NCBI GenBank assembly: GCA_964187785.1
Contig: OZ076409.1
Location: 85,066,001 to 85,130,000 of the forward strand
DNA from: Amphiscolops sp. MND2022
Taxonomy: Eukaryota
Reading direction: 5' to 3'
DNA length: 64,000 nt
Shown here: positions 1 through 12,296 of the stretch, one piece after another
How the letters are laid out: each line of letters begins with the position of its first letter
Position numbering within the stretch: the stretch's first letter is position 1
Program-made: the position numbers and the translations under genes
Notes under the pieces: model-generated
Seen by the model: only the letters and a program-made list of their open reading frames with translations
What the model was told of the DNA's origin: nothing
The model's database searches: none

Positions 1-345
1 GTAGCTAGTACCTGGCGTGATTTGCGCTTCAAATAAACCTGTCTGTCTTTCTTTTATTTGTTGTAAAGTTCGAGAAAACTACTTATGCTTGCATAAGTCA
101 TCTACACTTATTGTATGGTAAGCTGTCAGCTATCCCCTTACAATAATATAGTGTTGTCTCTCTCTCTCATATCCTGGTGCTTAGAAAAACAGCTCCCATT
201 TGTCCCAGCACGCTCTATCCGAACTTTTGACGTTATATCTGAAGTAAATATTGTTTTACTGAGGATGAAACGTGAATTCGAAAATATGCCCTATATCCGA
301 ATATCGACGTTATATTCCGAATAAATTGCGTTTTACCAAAGGAGG

Positions 346-439
346 TAAATTTTCGGTGTCAGGACATTTCATCCTATGCACTTTCAATTGAAAGTGCATA
401 GGATGAAATGTCCTGACACCGAAAATTTAGGTTAACCTA
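346..439. repeat. Double palindrome: 84-bp perfect palindrome (346-429) plus 12-bp palindrome (428-439)
   Basis: TAAATTTTCGGTGTC...CAA|TTG...GACACCGAAAATTTA is centred at 387/388. TAGGTT|AACCTA is centred at 433/434. The two overlap by TA. Confidence 0.95.
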
Positions 440-790
440 TGCATTTTCAACCGTCCGCCATTTCGACCTAAATTGATTTTGGCTAATGGATTCTAATTAG
501 TTACATAATTGTTTTGGTGGCTTTAACTTTCATACTTTTCTAAATTCAATGTGCTAATTTTTACGCCAGTTTTGATACGTTCTGGCTTCTTCATGAATAA
601 TTATCATCTATTAAGGCTGTTTGATTCATTAGTAATTATTGCACTAAAATAATAACTCAACCGAATTAAGACTAAAAAGCTGAAATTAGTTTAGGTCGAA
701 ATTGCGGGCGGTTGAAAATGCACTACCTTGAAATTGTAAGCGGTTGAAATTGCATAGTTGAAAGTGTATAGAACGAAATGCCATGTAACC
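355..790. mobile_element. MITE (non-autonomous DNA transposon) with GG...CC termini and 8-bp TSD
   Basis: Left end GGTGTCAGGACATTTCATCCTATGCACTTTCAA matches the reverse complement of the right end (GGTTACATGGCATTTCGTTCTATACACTTTCAA). Subterminal inverted similarity continues (TTTCGACCTAAA / TTTAGGTCGAAA). AAATTTTC is duplicated at 347-354 and 791-798. Superfamily not determined. Confidence 0.75.
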
Positions 791-1019
791 AAATTTTCGA
801 TTAAGCGTCTATTGTTAGCCAATTGAAGGCGGAAAATATCCCCGTGCCTAGTGAGCGTCTTGTGGAGTATTAGTGGGTTTAGTAGGTATCAAAATCATTT
901 TTATACAAACGTCTCGTTTTGCAAAATGCGTGAAGCATTTAAAAGTTTCTGGGCTCTTGATCAAAGAAGCCAGAAAGTGTTTTCCCATTAACCCAACAAA
1001 TTATCCGACAATGGAATCT

Positions 1020-1268
1020 GATCAGTGAACTTCGTCACACCAAAAAATTCTTCTTTGAACGTCTTTTTCAAAACAAATGCTTCAACTTCATCACAGTTAT
1101 GACTTTGATGAAGTTGAAACAAATTTTATAGAAAAAAAAGACATTAAAAGCTAAAAACTGAATAATTTTTTTGGTGTGACGAAGTTCACTGATCACTTTG
1201 CTCATTTCATTATAATGAAATGAGCAAAGTAGTCAGTGAACTTCGTCAAATCAAAAAGGTTCTTCAGT
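1020..1268. repeat. Degenerate overlapping fold-back (double palindrome)
   Basis: GATCAGTGAACTTCGTCACACCAAAAAA (1020) pairs with TTTTTTGGTGTGACGAAGTTCACTGATC (ends 1194), centre 1099/1100. A second palindrome spans ~1157-1268, centred at CATTA|TAATG (1212/1213). Confidence 0.85.
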
Positions 1269-1602
1269 CAAGGAAAAGCAACCTGAGTAGCATTCCACAT
1301 AGAATGGGTATGGACAATTTGACAATGTTGATGATCATGCGGCCGTAGGGCACACTGATGTCGTTGACACTTTTGATGCCAGTGTCCCCTATGAAGTTGC
1401 TGTAGGTGAAGAGGTTGAGGGGCATCCAGCCCATACTCATCACAGTGCTCATAAAAGTGATCACGAATGACAGGGTGATCTCCCCGTGGATGATCATGGC
1501 CATCATGTTGCTGGGTCCGCCTCCGGGACAGCACCCTATCATGATCAGGTACAGACTGTCGGAGGGAGAGAGTGAGAATAACTTGGACAGACAGAATGCT
1601 AC
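1264..1602 (-). CDS. SLC10-family (Na+/bile acid symporter, SBF domain) gene, third visible exon; the frame ends in TGA, possibly a pseudogene
   Basis: Acceptor TTCCAG|GTA at 1603/1602 (phase 0). Translation VAFCLSKLF...IGCCPGGGPSNMM...GEITLSFVITFMSTVMSMGWMPLNL...VPYGRMI contains the hallmark SLC10 CCPGG-SN and TM motifs. Confidence 0.85.
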   Translation of the reverse strand, partial: VAFCLSKLFSLSPSDSLYLIMIGCCPGGGPSNMMAMIIHGEITLSFVITFMSTVMSMGWMPLNLFTYSNFIGDTGIKSVNDISVPYGRMIINIVKLSIPILCGMLLRLLFLD

Positions 1603-2029
1603 CTGGAACAAGACCATTTTTTTTCAAAACTAGCTATATGATTTTTCTGGCTGAAAAGGTCCAAAAATATGTGTTTTCTATCATTTGTTTTAATGAGCAC
1701 GCTGTAATAGGTGCACATTCTCCAAAGCGATTGCTCTCAAATGGGTATTAAGAGCCCTTCAAAGAACAACTATTTTTTGTTTCATTCGATGTGCTTGTTA
1801 TTTTCCGCCCCTATTCCATATGGGAAAGGAAAATATTTATTATTTTCCGCCCATATTTCATATGGGAAAGAAAAATATTTAAATCAAACGTTTTTTTTTA
1901 CAAAATTTGCCAAAACGAAATTTATATTCACCTTAAAGGGCGTTACTCATAGAATTCAACTCACGTAAATTTAGCTTCGTGCGATATGTATTTGTAGAGA
2001 TTTTTGGACTTTTTTTTGAATGACGAAAA

Positions 2030-4000
2030 TGACCCCATAATGACCCAAAATGACCCCGAAAATAACAAAAATTCAAAACTTCCCAATTTTCAACGTTTTT
2101 ATGCAATTTTTGTCCTTTTTTTGATAAACCTCGTGGATCAGAATGTTGAAAACCTTCAACAAGGCATGAATTCGTTGTCCAATAGTGTAAGTCTCCATAT
2201 TCTATGAAGATATAAATGCGGTTTTTAGTCGGCTCTTCATGAAGTGAAACGCGACTATTATAGTGGCTTTTCTTTTTTTCAATCCACACGAACTGACCAA
2301 AAGAGTTCTTTAAAGTTCTACAAAATATTATTGCACCAATTTGCACTATTTGGTCTAGCGAACTGAACCAAAAAGGTTTTTCCTATTTTTCCGCGTAACA
2401 TGCCATACCGGGCGAGACCAAAGGGTCCTCCCTTTCATTTTTTAGGCACTGCGAGACTTTTTTTCCGAAAAAAAATTTTCCCCAAAGGGTCCCCCTTCAA
2501 TTTTTTGATGTTTTGCGACAGAATGGATGTTGAAAATCCCCAAAGGGTCCCCCTTTTCAGTTTTTCGGCATTGTGAGACTTTTTTTCCTAAAATTTTTTT
2601 CTCTCCAAAGGGTCGCCCTTTTCAGTTTTTCGGCATTGAGATTTTTTTTCGAAAAGTTGTTTTTTCTCCGAAGGGTCCCCCTTCAACTACGACAAAAATG
2701 TTGACAATTTCGGAAGTGTCCCCCTTTTAGCGCGCCAGGGGCTCGTGCTAGCGGGCCCCGGCGCGCCACTCGGTCCATTTTTTGAGTATGTAATTTTTTT
2801 GGAAAATTTTTTTTTCGTAAAATTTTCGATTTTCGAGTACTGTAAAAGAGAATACTTGACACTTTGAAGTCTTTTTGCTATTTTTGAGCCTTGGATATGG
2901 CGCCAATTTGGGCCGGTCCCGGCTTGTTTAAAAGAAAAATTACCCCAAAGAAGACAAAATTTCCAAAACTTTTCGAATTTTAACGTTTTTATGCAATTTT
3001 TGTCAAATTTTCGATAGACTTCATGGATTGAAATGTTGAAAACGCTCAACATGGCAGGAATTCGTTGTCCAGTGGGCTTTCCCGAAGAGAATATTGCTGT
3101 TTTCTAAATGAAAATTATATCAAGTTGAAACCGAAAATGACAAAAAACCCAAAATTTTCAAACTTTCAAATTTTTATGCAGTTTTTGTCAATTTTATGAC
3201 AGACTTCGTGGATTGGAAAGTTAAAAAGGATCAACAAGAACTCATAACAAAAAACAAATTGTGGACTTTTCCGAAGAGTTAGTTGAGGTTTTCAAGTTGA
3301 AAAAAAAACTCAAATTGGCACCGAATTTGACAAAAAAACCCAAAATTTTCCAATTTTCAAAATATTTATGCAATTGTCGAAATTTCGACAGACTTCGCGT
3401 ATAGGAATGTTGAAAACGGTCATCAAAGTAACAATTTGATGTGCAGTAGTGTTTTATGAAAAGATAATTCCGGTTTTCATGTTGAAAAATTTCTCAAATT
3501 GGCACCGAAATAGACAAAAAACCCAAAATTTTCAAGTTTCCAATGTTTTAATGCAAGTTTTGTCGAATTACCGATAAACTTCGTGGGCTAGAATGTTGAA
3601 AACCCTAAGCAATGGAAAGACTACTCGTTTCAACGAGCTTTCGTTGAGAGATAAATACAATTTGTAATAGAAATTGCCCCAAATTGACTCGGAAAATGTC
3701 GACAATTTTAAAGTTTTTGTTGTTTTGATGCTATTTCCGAGAGCTTTCGTTATAAGTTCTAACACAGTCAAAACGAAAAAACGAAAACTATGCAGTACAT
3801 TATTTGAAGAATACGTTGCAGCGTTTTGCTTCAAAAACACTTCAGAATGACTTCAAATGGGTCGAAAATTTGAAAAAGTTCAATATCTTTTCGTTTTTAT
3901 GCAAGTTATATGTGCTTTTCGAATCGTTTTAGAGTCAGAATGTTGGCAAACGTTCAACAATGATTAATTTGCAGACTTCGGTTGGAAAATGGTCAAATCT
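2030..4000. repeat. Degenerate tandem array (~185-190-bp unit) interrupted by a HINE copy
   Basis: The motif TTTTTATGCAATTTTTGTC...GACTTCGTGGAT...AATGTTGAAAAC recurs near 2095, 2985, 3170, 3365, 3550, 3730 and 3895. Confidence 0.7.
2227..2928 (+). mobile_element. DINE-1/HINE-like non-autonomous Helentron element, copy 1
   Basis: 5' subTIR AGTCGGC(T)C with nearby partial IR (CGCGACT). 3' end GGCGCCAATTTGGGCCGGTCCCGGCTTGTT gives a subTIR plus GCCGG-TC-CCGGC stem-loop. T-rich flanks, no TSD. Highly similar to copies at 14228 and 47049. Confidence 0.7.
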
Positions 4001-7000
4001 GACCGCAAAAAGTCGAAATTTTGCCCCTTTTTGACATTTCCAGTGATTTTTCATTTGAGACAAGAAAATTTTGACATAGGAAAATTATAAAGACAAAAGC
4101 TTCTAAAGGCTTAAGATGACAAAATTAGGTCCGCAGCACGTTTTGTTAGGAGAACTTTCCTCAGAATGACCCAAATAATGCAAAAAACTGAGATTTTTCA
4201 ATTTTTAAAACATTTCATGAACTTTTTTGAACAACTTTTAAGCTACTTCCTTGCATAAAGAGGTTTAAAAAAACTCAGTAATGACTAATCCCGGTATCGT
4301 ATTAGTAGGCATCTTATCAGTAGGCATATTTGAAGATTTGACTGCAATGTTTTTGGAATTGGCTTCAAAAACACCCCGAAATCAAACAAACGACAAAAAA
4401 GCACGTTTATTGACAAATCAATTCATATTTTTGTTCAAACCACGAAGGTTTTCTGGAATAGAATTTCTATTTACCTGAACGTTGAAACAATAAGGTATTC
4501 GAAACGCAATTTGGGAAATAAAGTACGATGAAGTTCTTCGAGTTTACAACAAAGGTGCCAGAATTTTAGAATTTTCTCAATTTTCGACATTTCGACAACC
4601 AAGTAACAATTTTGGAAACTTTCCGAAAATTTATTTCCTTAAGAAAACCCATAGGCACAGGTTTGAAACGTGTAGCTGCCTGTAGTGTTTCGGAAAGATA
4701 TCAGACAAGTTTTTGTACACAATTGTCAAAAATTTTATTTGAAAACGTAAAATTCTTTTCCGACCTTTTTTGTGAAATAAACATTATTCAAAAAGCTGTA
4801 AGTAAAATCACTGGATGTGCAGTAAAATTTCAAAGGGAAAATGTTTTTGCAGTTTCCCACGTAGAAAGAAAACCTGGGAATGACCCAAAAACAAAAATGA
4901 AGAGAGGCATTTTCCACAATCATCAAGAAAATTTATCAGTTCCTAAGTATCAAAAGTAACAAAGAGGTCAGCCCCAAGACTCGGGAAACTTATTTCCTTT
5001 ACAGAAAACCTCAAAAACTAAAATTTACGAAAAATGTTTTTTTTTCCGAAATTGTCTTCGAAAAGTTTCTCTTCACGCGGTAAGTCGCATAGTGTCGAAA
5101 ATACAAAATTGGGCAGCTATTGCAGAAATAATAAAATAGGTGTTGGCTTTAAAAATGGACTAAGATGAATCAAAGCTTTTTCTCATAGTGCATTGGCTAT
5201 TCTTGAGCCTCAAATTTATGTAGTTGTAGAACAGTTTGGGGCGGAAGATATCTCGCTGCTCAGCGGGCCTCTTGTTTCAAAACATATATTGGACTCCTCA
5301 CGTTTCATGTAGGAAAAAATACTTGCGACATTTATTAATAACTCTAGAATTACTTTGATTTATGGTAAACATAGACATGGTGTCGTAGCTATACCTCCAA
5401 AAAGAAATTTTTCAATCAGTCATCAAATGGTTTTTATAAATTATCTAATTTATTTTCGAATGTAGATCTAGTTTTCATTTATGTAGATATCTAAAAATTA
5501 TGAGCGACCCTGATCCAACTCATCACATTTATTGCGATTCCAAGGATGAAACCATATGGACGATTGCAATAAAGTCGTCGTACCATTTCCTTACATGGAA
5601 ACACACGGAACCATATGCAACCATGTGAGTCCATGCATTCAATATGACGTTGCTTGTATGAATCTAACATAGTCTGATATTTAGTTGCAAAAGGAAACAT
5701 CTTGAATTCGAATATACTCTGATGTTTATCAATATATATTTTTTGATGAATAAAATATATGTGATGCTTAGGTTGCCTAGACGGTTTGTACGGGTTTTAT
5801 TCATTGATATCGGGGCTGTACGGGATAACGCCGGTTTACGGGATAATGTGTGATGAATGGGGCTGCAGTGCGTTAACGTTTTCGTCCTCCGTACTTATTT
5901 TAGGTACCTGCCAATCTGCAAGGACACGCTGCTCACTTTTTTATGCGGTAGATTTAGAACGAATTTTTGATTACCAGTCTGGTGAACGTCAGAATCATTG
6001 CGCAAAAGAGAATATGGACATTGCATCGTCTAATGACGTCACAGATTTACGTCACATCATTTTTCTTTTTGAAATCTAGTGGCATACGCCACGTATTTCA
6101 TTACATCAAAAGAAGATGGTCTTTCATGAATGACAGGCGGCTTTTATTTAGGATTCAACTAAGAAAATGTCTTCCCCAAATCAAATCAGTAAGATGTCCC
6201 ATTTGTTTAACATTCCGCGTTCACAAAATGTTTCCACTGGGTCTGAAATAAAATCAATATGCTTCACTTTGTTTCAAATCCGAGCATCACAGTCAAAGAA
6301 AAAATCCGAACCAAAAAAGGCAATTGGGCTCCTGATAATCAAGTTCTGGCCTGTTCACTAATTTTAAAAGAACTTTTAAAAAACATGTGTGTCAACTTTA
6401 CAACGTAGTACGGCCAATGTTGACGTCATAAATACACTGGCTCCAAGAAGTTTAAGATACTTGATTTCGTTTGATATCGATTCAACAGAAAAAAGTTTCG
6501 AATGTTTATCAAAGCTACGTTTTTTTGTTTTAAAATCGAAGGAAAAATAGGAAAGTTATATCGCTTTGCTTTCTTTATAATTTTTGAGACAAATCTGGCA
6601 GCTTTGACTCCATTCTTTAGAGTCTTATATTCAGAAATTAGAAAACAGAGCAACAGGTATATGGTTTTCGATAGTTTTTGTTCCAAAAAATTCAAAAAAT
6701 TTTTCCTAAGTATCACTATATGTTCACAAAATGATAATGAAAAGAATATTCACAAAAAATTGGGCACAAATAACTTTTGTAGTTTGTATATGAACAAAAG
6801 GTATACTAGAGTACAAAAAGCTAACGACACTCGATTTCTTGAACAAAAAATTTCAAAATGTCGCACATAAAAATTTGACATAAAAATCTCAGGAGTAAAA
6901 CATTCTCCAATTTCGATCAGAAATACAGAATTCTGAAGTACAGAAATTCAGAGAAGCTGAAGACTGTAAACATCGAGTGAAAAATTTAGAAGCGCATAAT

Positions 7001-7292
7001 GTTTTTGGATATCAAATACAAAATGTCCATCAGGGAAACTCATCTTCTAGATTGTCGAACTTTACCACTAATCAGCAAGTATTGAAATTTTATCACATAA
7101 CCTTCATAAATGAACCCTTCCGGAACCACATATGTGATAAGGCTTCAATACTTATTGATTAATGTTTAAGGTTTGACGACGATCTACAAGATGAGTTTCG
7201 CTGATGTTGGGCATTTGCAATTAAGTTCGTAGACGCTTAAACTATCATTTATATTTAAACTATTTGTTACTTCAATCAAACTAAATACGAAC

Positions 7293-7561
7293 GAAAGGCT
7301 GTATGATCATGATTGTGACTTGTGACGCGCCCACACAACCCGGTCTCTTCATGAGGCTCTGAAGCAGACTTAGTTTGACCTCTGACCCCATGGCAATCAC
7401 ACTGAGGTACAAGAACGTTATGCTCGCATACTGCAGCAACTCGTCCAACAAAGTTATCCTTCTCACTACCGTCACTGAGAACCCGTCCGTCTCTGGGCGC
7501 TGGAAGGGACTCAGGGCAGTGTTGTCTGGTTTAGTGAAGGAAAAACTCACAAACGAGGTAC
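7293..7561 (-). CDS. SLC10-family gene, second visible exon
   Basis: Acceptor TTTTCCAG|GT (phase 1) and donor TTC|GTTCGT (phase 0). Translation ...VTVVRRITLLDELL...LSVIAMGSEVKLSLLQSLMKRPGCVGASQVTIMIIQPF is typical of the SLC10 TM1-TM2 region and splices in frame to the exon at 1602. Confidence 0.8.
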
Positions 7562-7993
7562 CTGGAAAAATTCATGAAGTAAACATAAAGATCATCAAAA
7601 CTTCTTCCAAAGCCTGTCAGTTGTATCAATAGTTGCATCGATTAGCCATTGATGACCTTTGAACTGTTTTTTGGATAGCCTCAGTCAGTGTTTCCTTACT
7701 ATAAATACTTGGATTCCAGTTGAGTTACCTTTGATGACAACGATAAAGTTTTGGTTCTGCAAATTGTTGAAAACTTATCTTCGGTTACGAAAATCTGGCA
7801 TAATATAACAGTACTTTTTGCATTTTTCTTCTCAATTTCGAATTTGTGAAAATGAAATATACCTAAGAGATGTATCCATTTTCGGCGGGCCCTGACTTCC
7901 AACAGTATCTATATTAATGCAACCAGAGGGCATATTTTGTGGGTCCAATTGCTACCAAAAAGGAACGTATGTACAGGTTTTTAATGACGTAAC

Positions 7994-8264
7994 CTATTTG
8001 TTTGCTCTTCAAGCGAAGCACATTGTAGTTGGAAGTGTTCTCGTTCGGAATGGCGGTCAGCAGAAACTCGTCCTTGCCCTCTGAGGTCAACACCCCCGTG
8101 TCACTCAGATGCACTCTGAGCAGTACGTCGCACATGAGTCTGGAATAATTCAAGGTCAACTGGAATTTGGTAGACTCCGGAACCGGCTCCAGGAATTTTG
8201 GCTGCACTTTGATGATGCCAACATCCACTGGAGCAACAGCCAGAATTCGCATGAAGTAAACTAC
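7994..8264 (-). CDS. SLC10-family gene, first visible exon (extended N-terminal region, as in SLC10A3/A5-type proteins)
   Basis: Acceptor TTTAG|G and donor ATAG|GTTACG (phase 1, completes a Gly with the next exon). Open frame ...AVAPVDVGIIKVQPKF...VLRLKSKQIG, GC-richer than its flanks. Confidence 0.6.
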
Positions 8265-8314
8265 CTAAATTGAACATTTCTCATCCAATCAGAGTTGATT
8301 AGAGCTCAGAATTT

Positions 8315-9543
8315 TAGTCGGTGCTTCTTGTGAAACAAAAAGTGCCCGACTCTCTTACACTGACCTTGTTTTCGTCCAGACCACAGACCTCGCACTGAAA
8401 GATCCACTTTTTACTGAAATTCTCTACCTTACTAGAAAGCAATGTCGGGTGCTACGGAAGGGTATCACTTTTAGATATGATAGCTTTAAAAACTTTTGTC
8501 GTTATCAGACAACTCAGAATGTTTGTTTTTAATGTTTTTTCCGGCATTGTGAGACTTTTTTCCCGGAACTATTTGATGTCATCAAAGGGTCACCCGCTTT
8601 AGTTATTTTAAATTTCTGCAACCAACTAGATGATGAAAAGTCCAAATGGTCCCCTCTTTTGCGTTTTCCGGCACTGTGAGGTTTTTTCGAAAATTTTTAC
8701 TCATGCTTGCAAATGTCCCGACTTTGGTTTGTTTCGGTACTGTGCGACATTTTTGAATAGTTTTGAAACACCCCAGTTGCCCTCCTTTAAAGGTTTAAGC
8801 AGAAATAGCATTTTGCGAGCATTGAGGGCTCCTTAGATTTTTTGGTAAAATGCGACTTATCGGAGACTTTTTTGATATCGAGAAAAGTGGAAAAAAATTC
8901 CCCACTCAACTTTCGTTTTTTTTTGAGGTTTTCTGATAAGGAATGCCGTTTTCGAAGCCGTAAAAGTGACATCTTCGGTTTCTTTTTGGTCTTGTCGTAC
9001 TGAGAGTTTTCCCAATACCTATGGAAAAAAAAGATTCGGCCAAAAGGCACCGCTTTATTTTGAAAAAAAATTTAGCTTTGAAAAAATGTTTAGTGATATT
9101 ACTGCTTCTCTTCCAACAATTTGAGACCTTTTCCGAAGGAAAATGTTCGAAGTTTTTAACGAATTTAGGTTTTCTGATAACTCGAGTTTAAAAAAATGGT
9201 TTTTGTGTCCTATGGGTACCGCTTCGGGTATTTTTTGGCTCAATGAATGTGATATAGTTTTGACAAAAATGTCCCTTTGCATATTTAAAAAAGTGTCTCC
9301 CTGGTTATTTGGCCATTTGTTTGCCGGTATACTTTGTTCGAAAAAATTTTTTTTCAACATACACGTTTTTCAGAGGTTTTCCGTTCACAAAAAGGTATTT
9401 TTGAGTCTCAAGGGAACCTCTTCGGGTATGTTTGGTACTGTATGATAATCCGAAAATTTTAATAGTTTGATCTGATTACTTCAAACACTTTGCTCTTTTT
9501 GAGTCATGAGCGTGGCGCCGACTTGGGGCGTTCTCGGCTTGTT
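8315..9543 (+). mobile_element. DINE-1/HINE-like element, divergent subfamily
   Basis: Starts TTTT|AGTCGGTGCTTC...CCCGACT and ends GGCGCCGACTTGGGGCGTTCTCGGCTTGTT. Shares the internal CGGCATTGTGAGACTTTTT motif with the other copies. Confidence 0.65.
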
Positions 9544-9622
9544 AGATGTTGAAGCCAATTGTGTGAAACATCAATGAGTTTAGCAGCCCAAAGACGTGAG
9601 AGCCCAAGAATTTAAGATCCTG

Positions 9623-10003
9623 AACATTGCGTGGTATCCAAAAGGAATGCGACTTAACAAACTTCATTAGCTGCGAACTAGGGTGACCATCATGGTCAAC
9701 CTAGTTCGCAGCTAATGAAGTTTGTTAAGTCGCATTCCTTTTGGATACCACGCGATGTTACTGTGACAGAAGTCTTAGAGAACATGCAGTATGAATCGTT
9801 CTACGAATTGTAGTTTTATGTTCAATATTGATTCCAACTTGAAACGATCTCACTACGATATGCGCGATAGTGATATGATGATCATCTCACTGTCGCGCAT
9901 ATCGTAGTGAGATCGTATCAAGTTGGAATCAATATTGAACATAAAACTACAATTCGTAGAACGATTCATACTGCATGTTCTCTAAGACTTCTGTTACAGT
10001 AAC
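9623..10003. repeat. Double palindrome: 68-bp arms (9623-9759) plus 123-bp arms (9757-10003)
   Basis: Centres are GACCAT-C-ATGGTC (9691) and ATGAT-G-ATCAT (9880). The arms have 2 and 4 mismatches. Overlap is the 3-nt GTT. Confidence 0.95.
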
Positions 10004-10749
10004 TAATAAAGGGTGGCGATCATGATGCATAATTTGCTCATTTCACTGAAGTTCTCAAGGCGCTTCCTATTTTTGCAGTAGCGTTTCTTGTAACTACTGT
10101 GACATTGTACTCTGCAATGTAGTGGTCAATATGAGACGAATTGAATTGCATTTTTTCTGGAGTTGCCGACGTGCGTTGAGTGCAATGTTTCTAAAGTACT
10201 ATCTCACTACATCATCACGCCAGTCGTAGTACGAATCGAGGTGGTTACAGCTGAAAACTTGGCGTGAGTTTGACACGATCGTAATACTACGACTTGCTCT
10301 GACGGTCAACTCAGGAAGGAATTGCTTCTCAGCTCTCCTTGCTTTGTGCGTCCATTGCGATACACATCCCGGCCGGTAAAATGGATTTCAGTCACTCAGC
10401 GTAATCCGTTTATTTCTGTAAATGGTCATTCATCGTAAGTCAGTGAAGGCGGTCTACTCCTATAAGGTGACGCTCTGTCAGCAAGTGTAATGGAAAAATG
10501 CGTAGACTAGTCAAGGCGCGTAGTTAGTGAAAAAAGGACGTGCAAAGTGGAATATGGTCAAAGTTTGACTAACGTACACCACAAACAGTCAAATTAAACA
10601 ATGATTCATTAAATCACAAATTAATTAATATTAGGCAGTACCATACGTAGTATATATAAACTGAATTGCGCACATGTCTTTTATACAGGCATTGTTCGAG
10701 AGAAAAGCTGAATAGTATACCTTGTAGCAACTAATTGGTAACATTATCA

Positions 10750-11467
10750 CAAATGATTAAGCGGTTGCCGAGTTGTTGAACTTCTTAATCTATTTGTAAC
10801 GTCCAGCAACCAACGACAAAATTTCGATGGAAAATTTGGGAAGGTGCGATTGTGAGCGAAATCAAAATGGCCGACCTAGCAGGTACATGAAAACAGACGG
10901 GAAGACAAAAAAGACACAGAGACCCAGAGAACCAAAAGAACACCCCCAAAAACGAGAAGAAAGATGTCGGAGAAGAATAAAGCATCGCGTTGTGTCATTT
11001 GAGCCTGAGAAATGCCTAGAAAAACCCGAAATGTGGATTGCAACCCGATAATGGTGTTCTCCAAGAACTTCAAAAATTAGATGAGGATGATGCCGAACTA
11101 GCTGATTATGGTTAATTTGATGTTTGTTAATGTTTATTCGCAGATTTATGATGGTTCAGGATCTACTAGATATAATTTAGTCGATATATATTCAGATATA
11201 ATTCTGCGAACTGATGTACTTTAGCTAGATACTTGTTTTTGGACCTCGGGAGTATGTAGGAAGTCGCAGGAACCTTAAGATACGTTTTTACAGCTTGTGG
11301 GACGTGTCCGGACTTTGAGTGTGCCGGCATGTCGCCACGGAGCTCTAATTTGAGGAGTCTCCTTAGACGTATGGAAAAGTCCCCTAGGAGACCTTTAGGG
11401 ACTAAAGACTAATGTTTAGGCTAGTTATAGGACTATGGTCTCCTGTCTAGGCAACCTAATCATTGCC
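10750..11467. mobile_element. Possible MITE remnant
   Basis: Imperfect inverted ends AATGATTAAGCGGTTGCC / GGCAACCTAATCATTG. A related end, TAGGTTGCCTAGAC, lies at 5769. No TSD found. Confidence 0.3.
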
Positions 11468-12296
11468 CCAATTCTTGTATGTGCGTCACTAGCTTGACGT
11501 TACAATTAACAACAAATCTTTACGAAGTTGAAATCTTATCAATCTGAAAACTAAATCGTAAGGATTACTAATCATGAAAAAAGGTGTTCAAAAGATCCAA
11601 CCTTTCTGCTAGTCTCAAAAATGAAAAGCGGCTTTGATCCAAATCAAAGATGAAAGTATTCAAACTTTAGCTTGTAAGGGGTACGTTTCAGATCTTATGC
11701 ATTTATTGTAAAACCTTGTAGAATTCTTTTTGTCACTTCGATGGGTCTGAAAAAAAAACACGAAAAACAAAAACAGCTCAGTTATATCTCATATGGCACC
11801 AACTGAAAACGATGGAAAGCCTATATATTAATCCGTTTCATTTCGTACAGCGTCGACGAAAATTTCATGGACTATTCGTATTTGATTTTTTTAATTAATT
11901 TTGAAAGTGGAAGAATGTTCCTTTCAAGATTACAAACTTTCAATTTATAAGGCTTTGTAATTTTTCAAATTACAAAACCTTACAAATGTAAAGTTTTTAA
12001 TCTTGCTCCGGCTGTTTAAAAACTTGCAACTCAAAAGTTTCGAATCCAACAATCCAAAAAGCACGTACCAATAAAGTCGCAAGTCTGTACAACATCGTGT
12101 AGCTTGACATCTTCGTTCAGACCTCATAAAGTTCACATCGCAAACAGGTCGTTGCCTTACACGTTGTGTTAGTTTGTAAACCAATTTCAAGATCTGAGAG
12201 CTGCGGACTTTTTGGTATGCTGACAATTCCTTTCTAAGTGTCACCTGGGGGCTGAAATTCTGGGGACAGAAATGAAATTGGTGTGACGACACCTTG

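Noticed and set aside
1..142. 3' end of an LTR (AATAAA...TACA)
   Set aside because: Cut by the window edge, with no partner repeat or TSD to confirm.
1711..7162. Numerous 60-140-aa ORFs rich in F/K/N
   Set aside because: Spurious frames over AT-rich intronic repeats.
5769..11458. TAGGTTGCCTAGAC (5769) and GTCTAGGCAACCTA (11445-11458) as TIRs of one Pack-type transposon enclosing two SLC10 exons
   Set aside because: The flanks (GTGATGCT vs ATCATTGC) give no TSD. The right end pairs better with 10750, and the SLC10 exons splice to an exon outside the interval.
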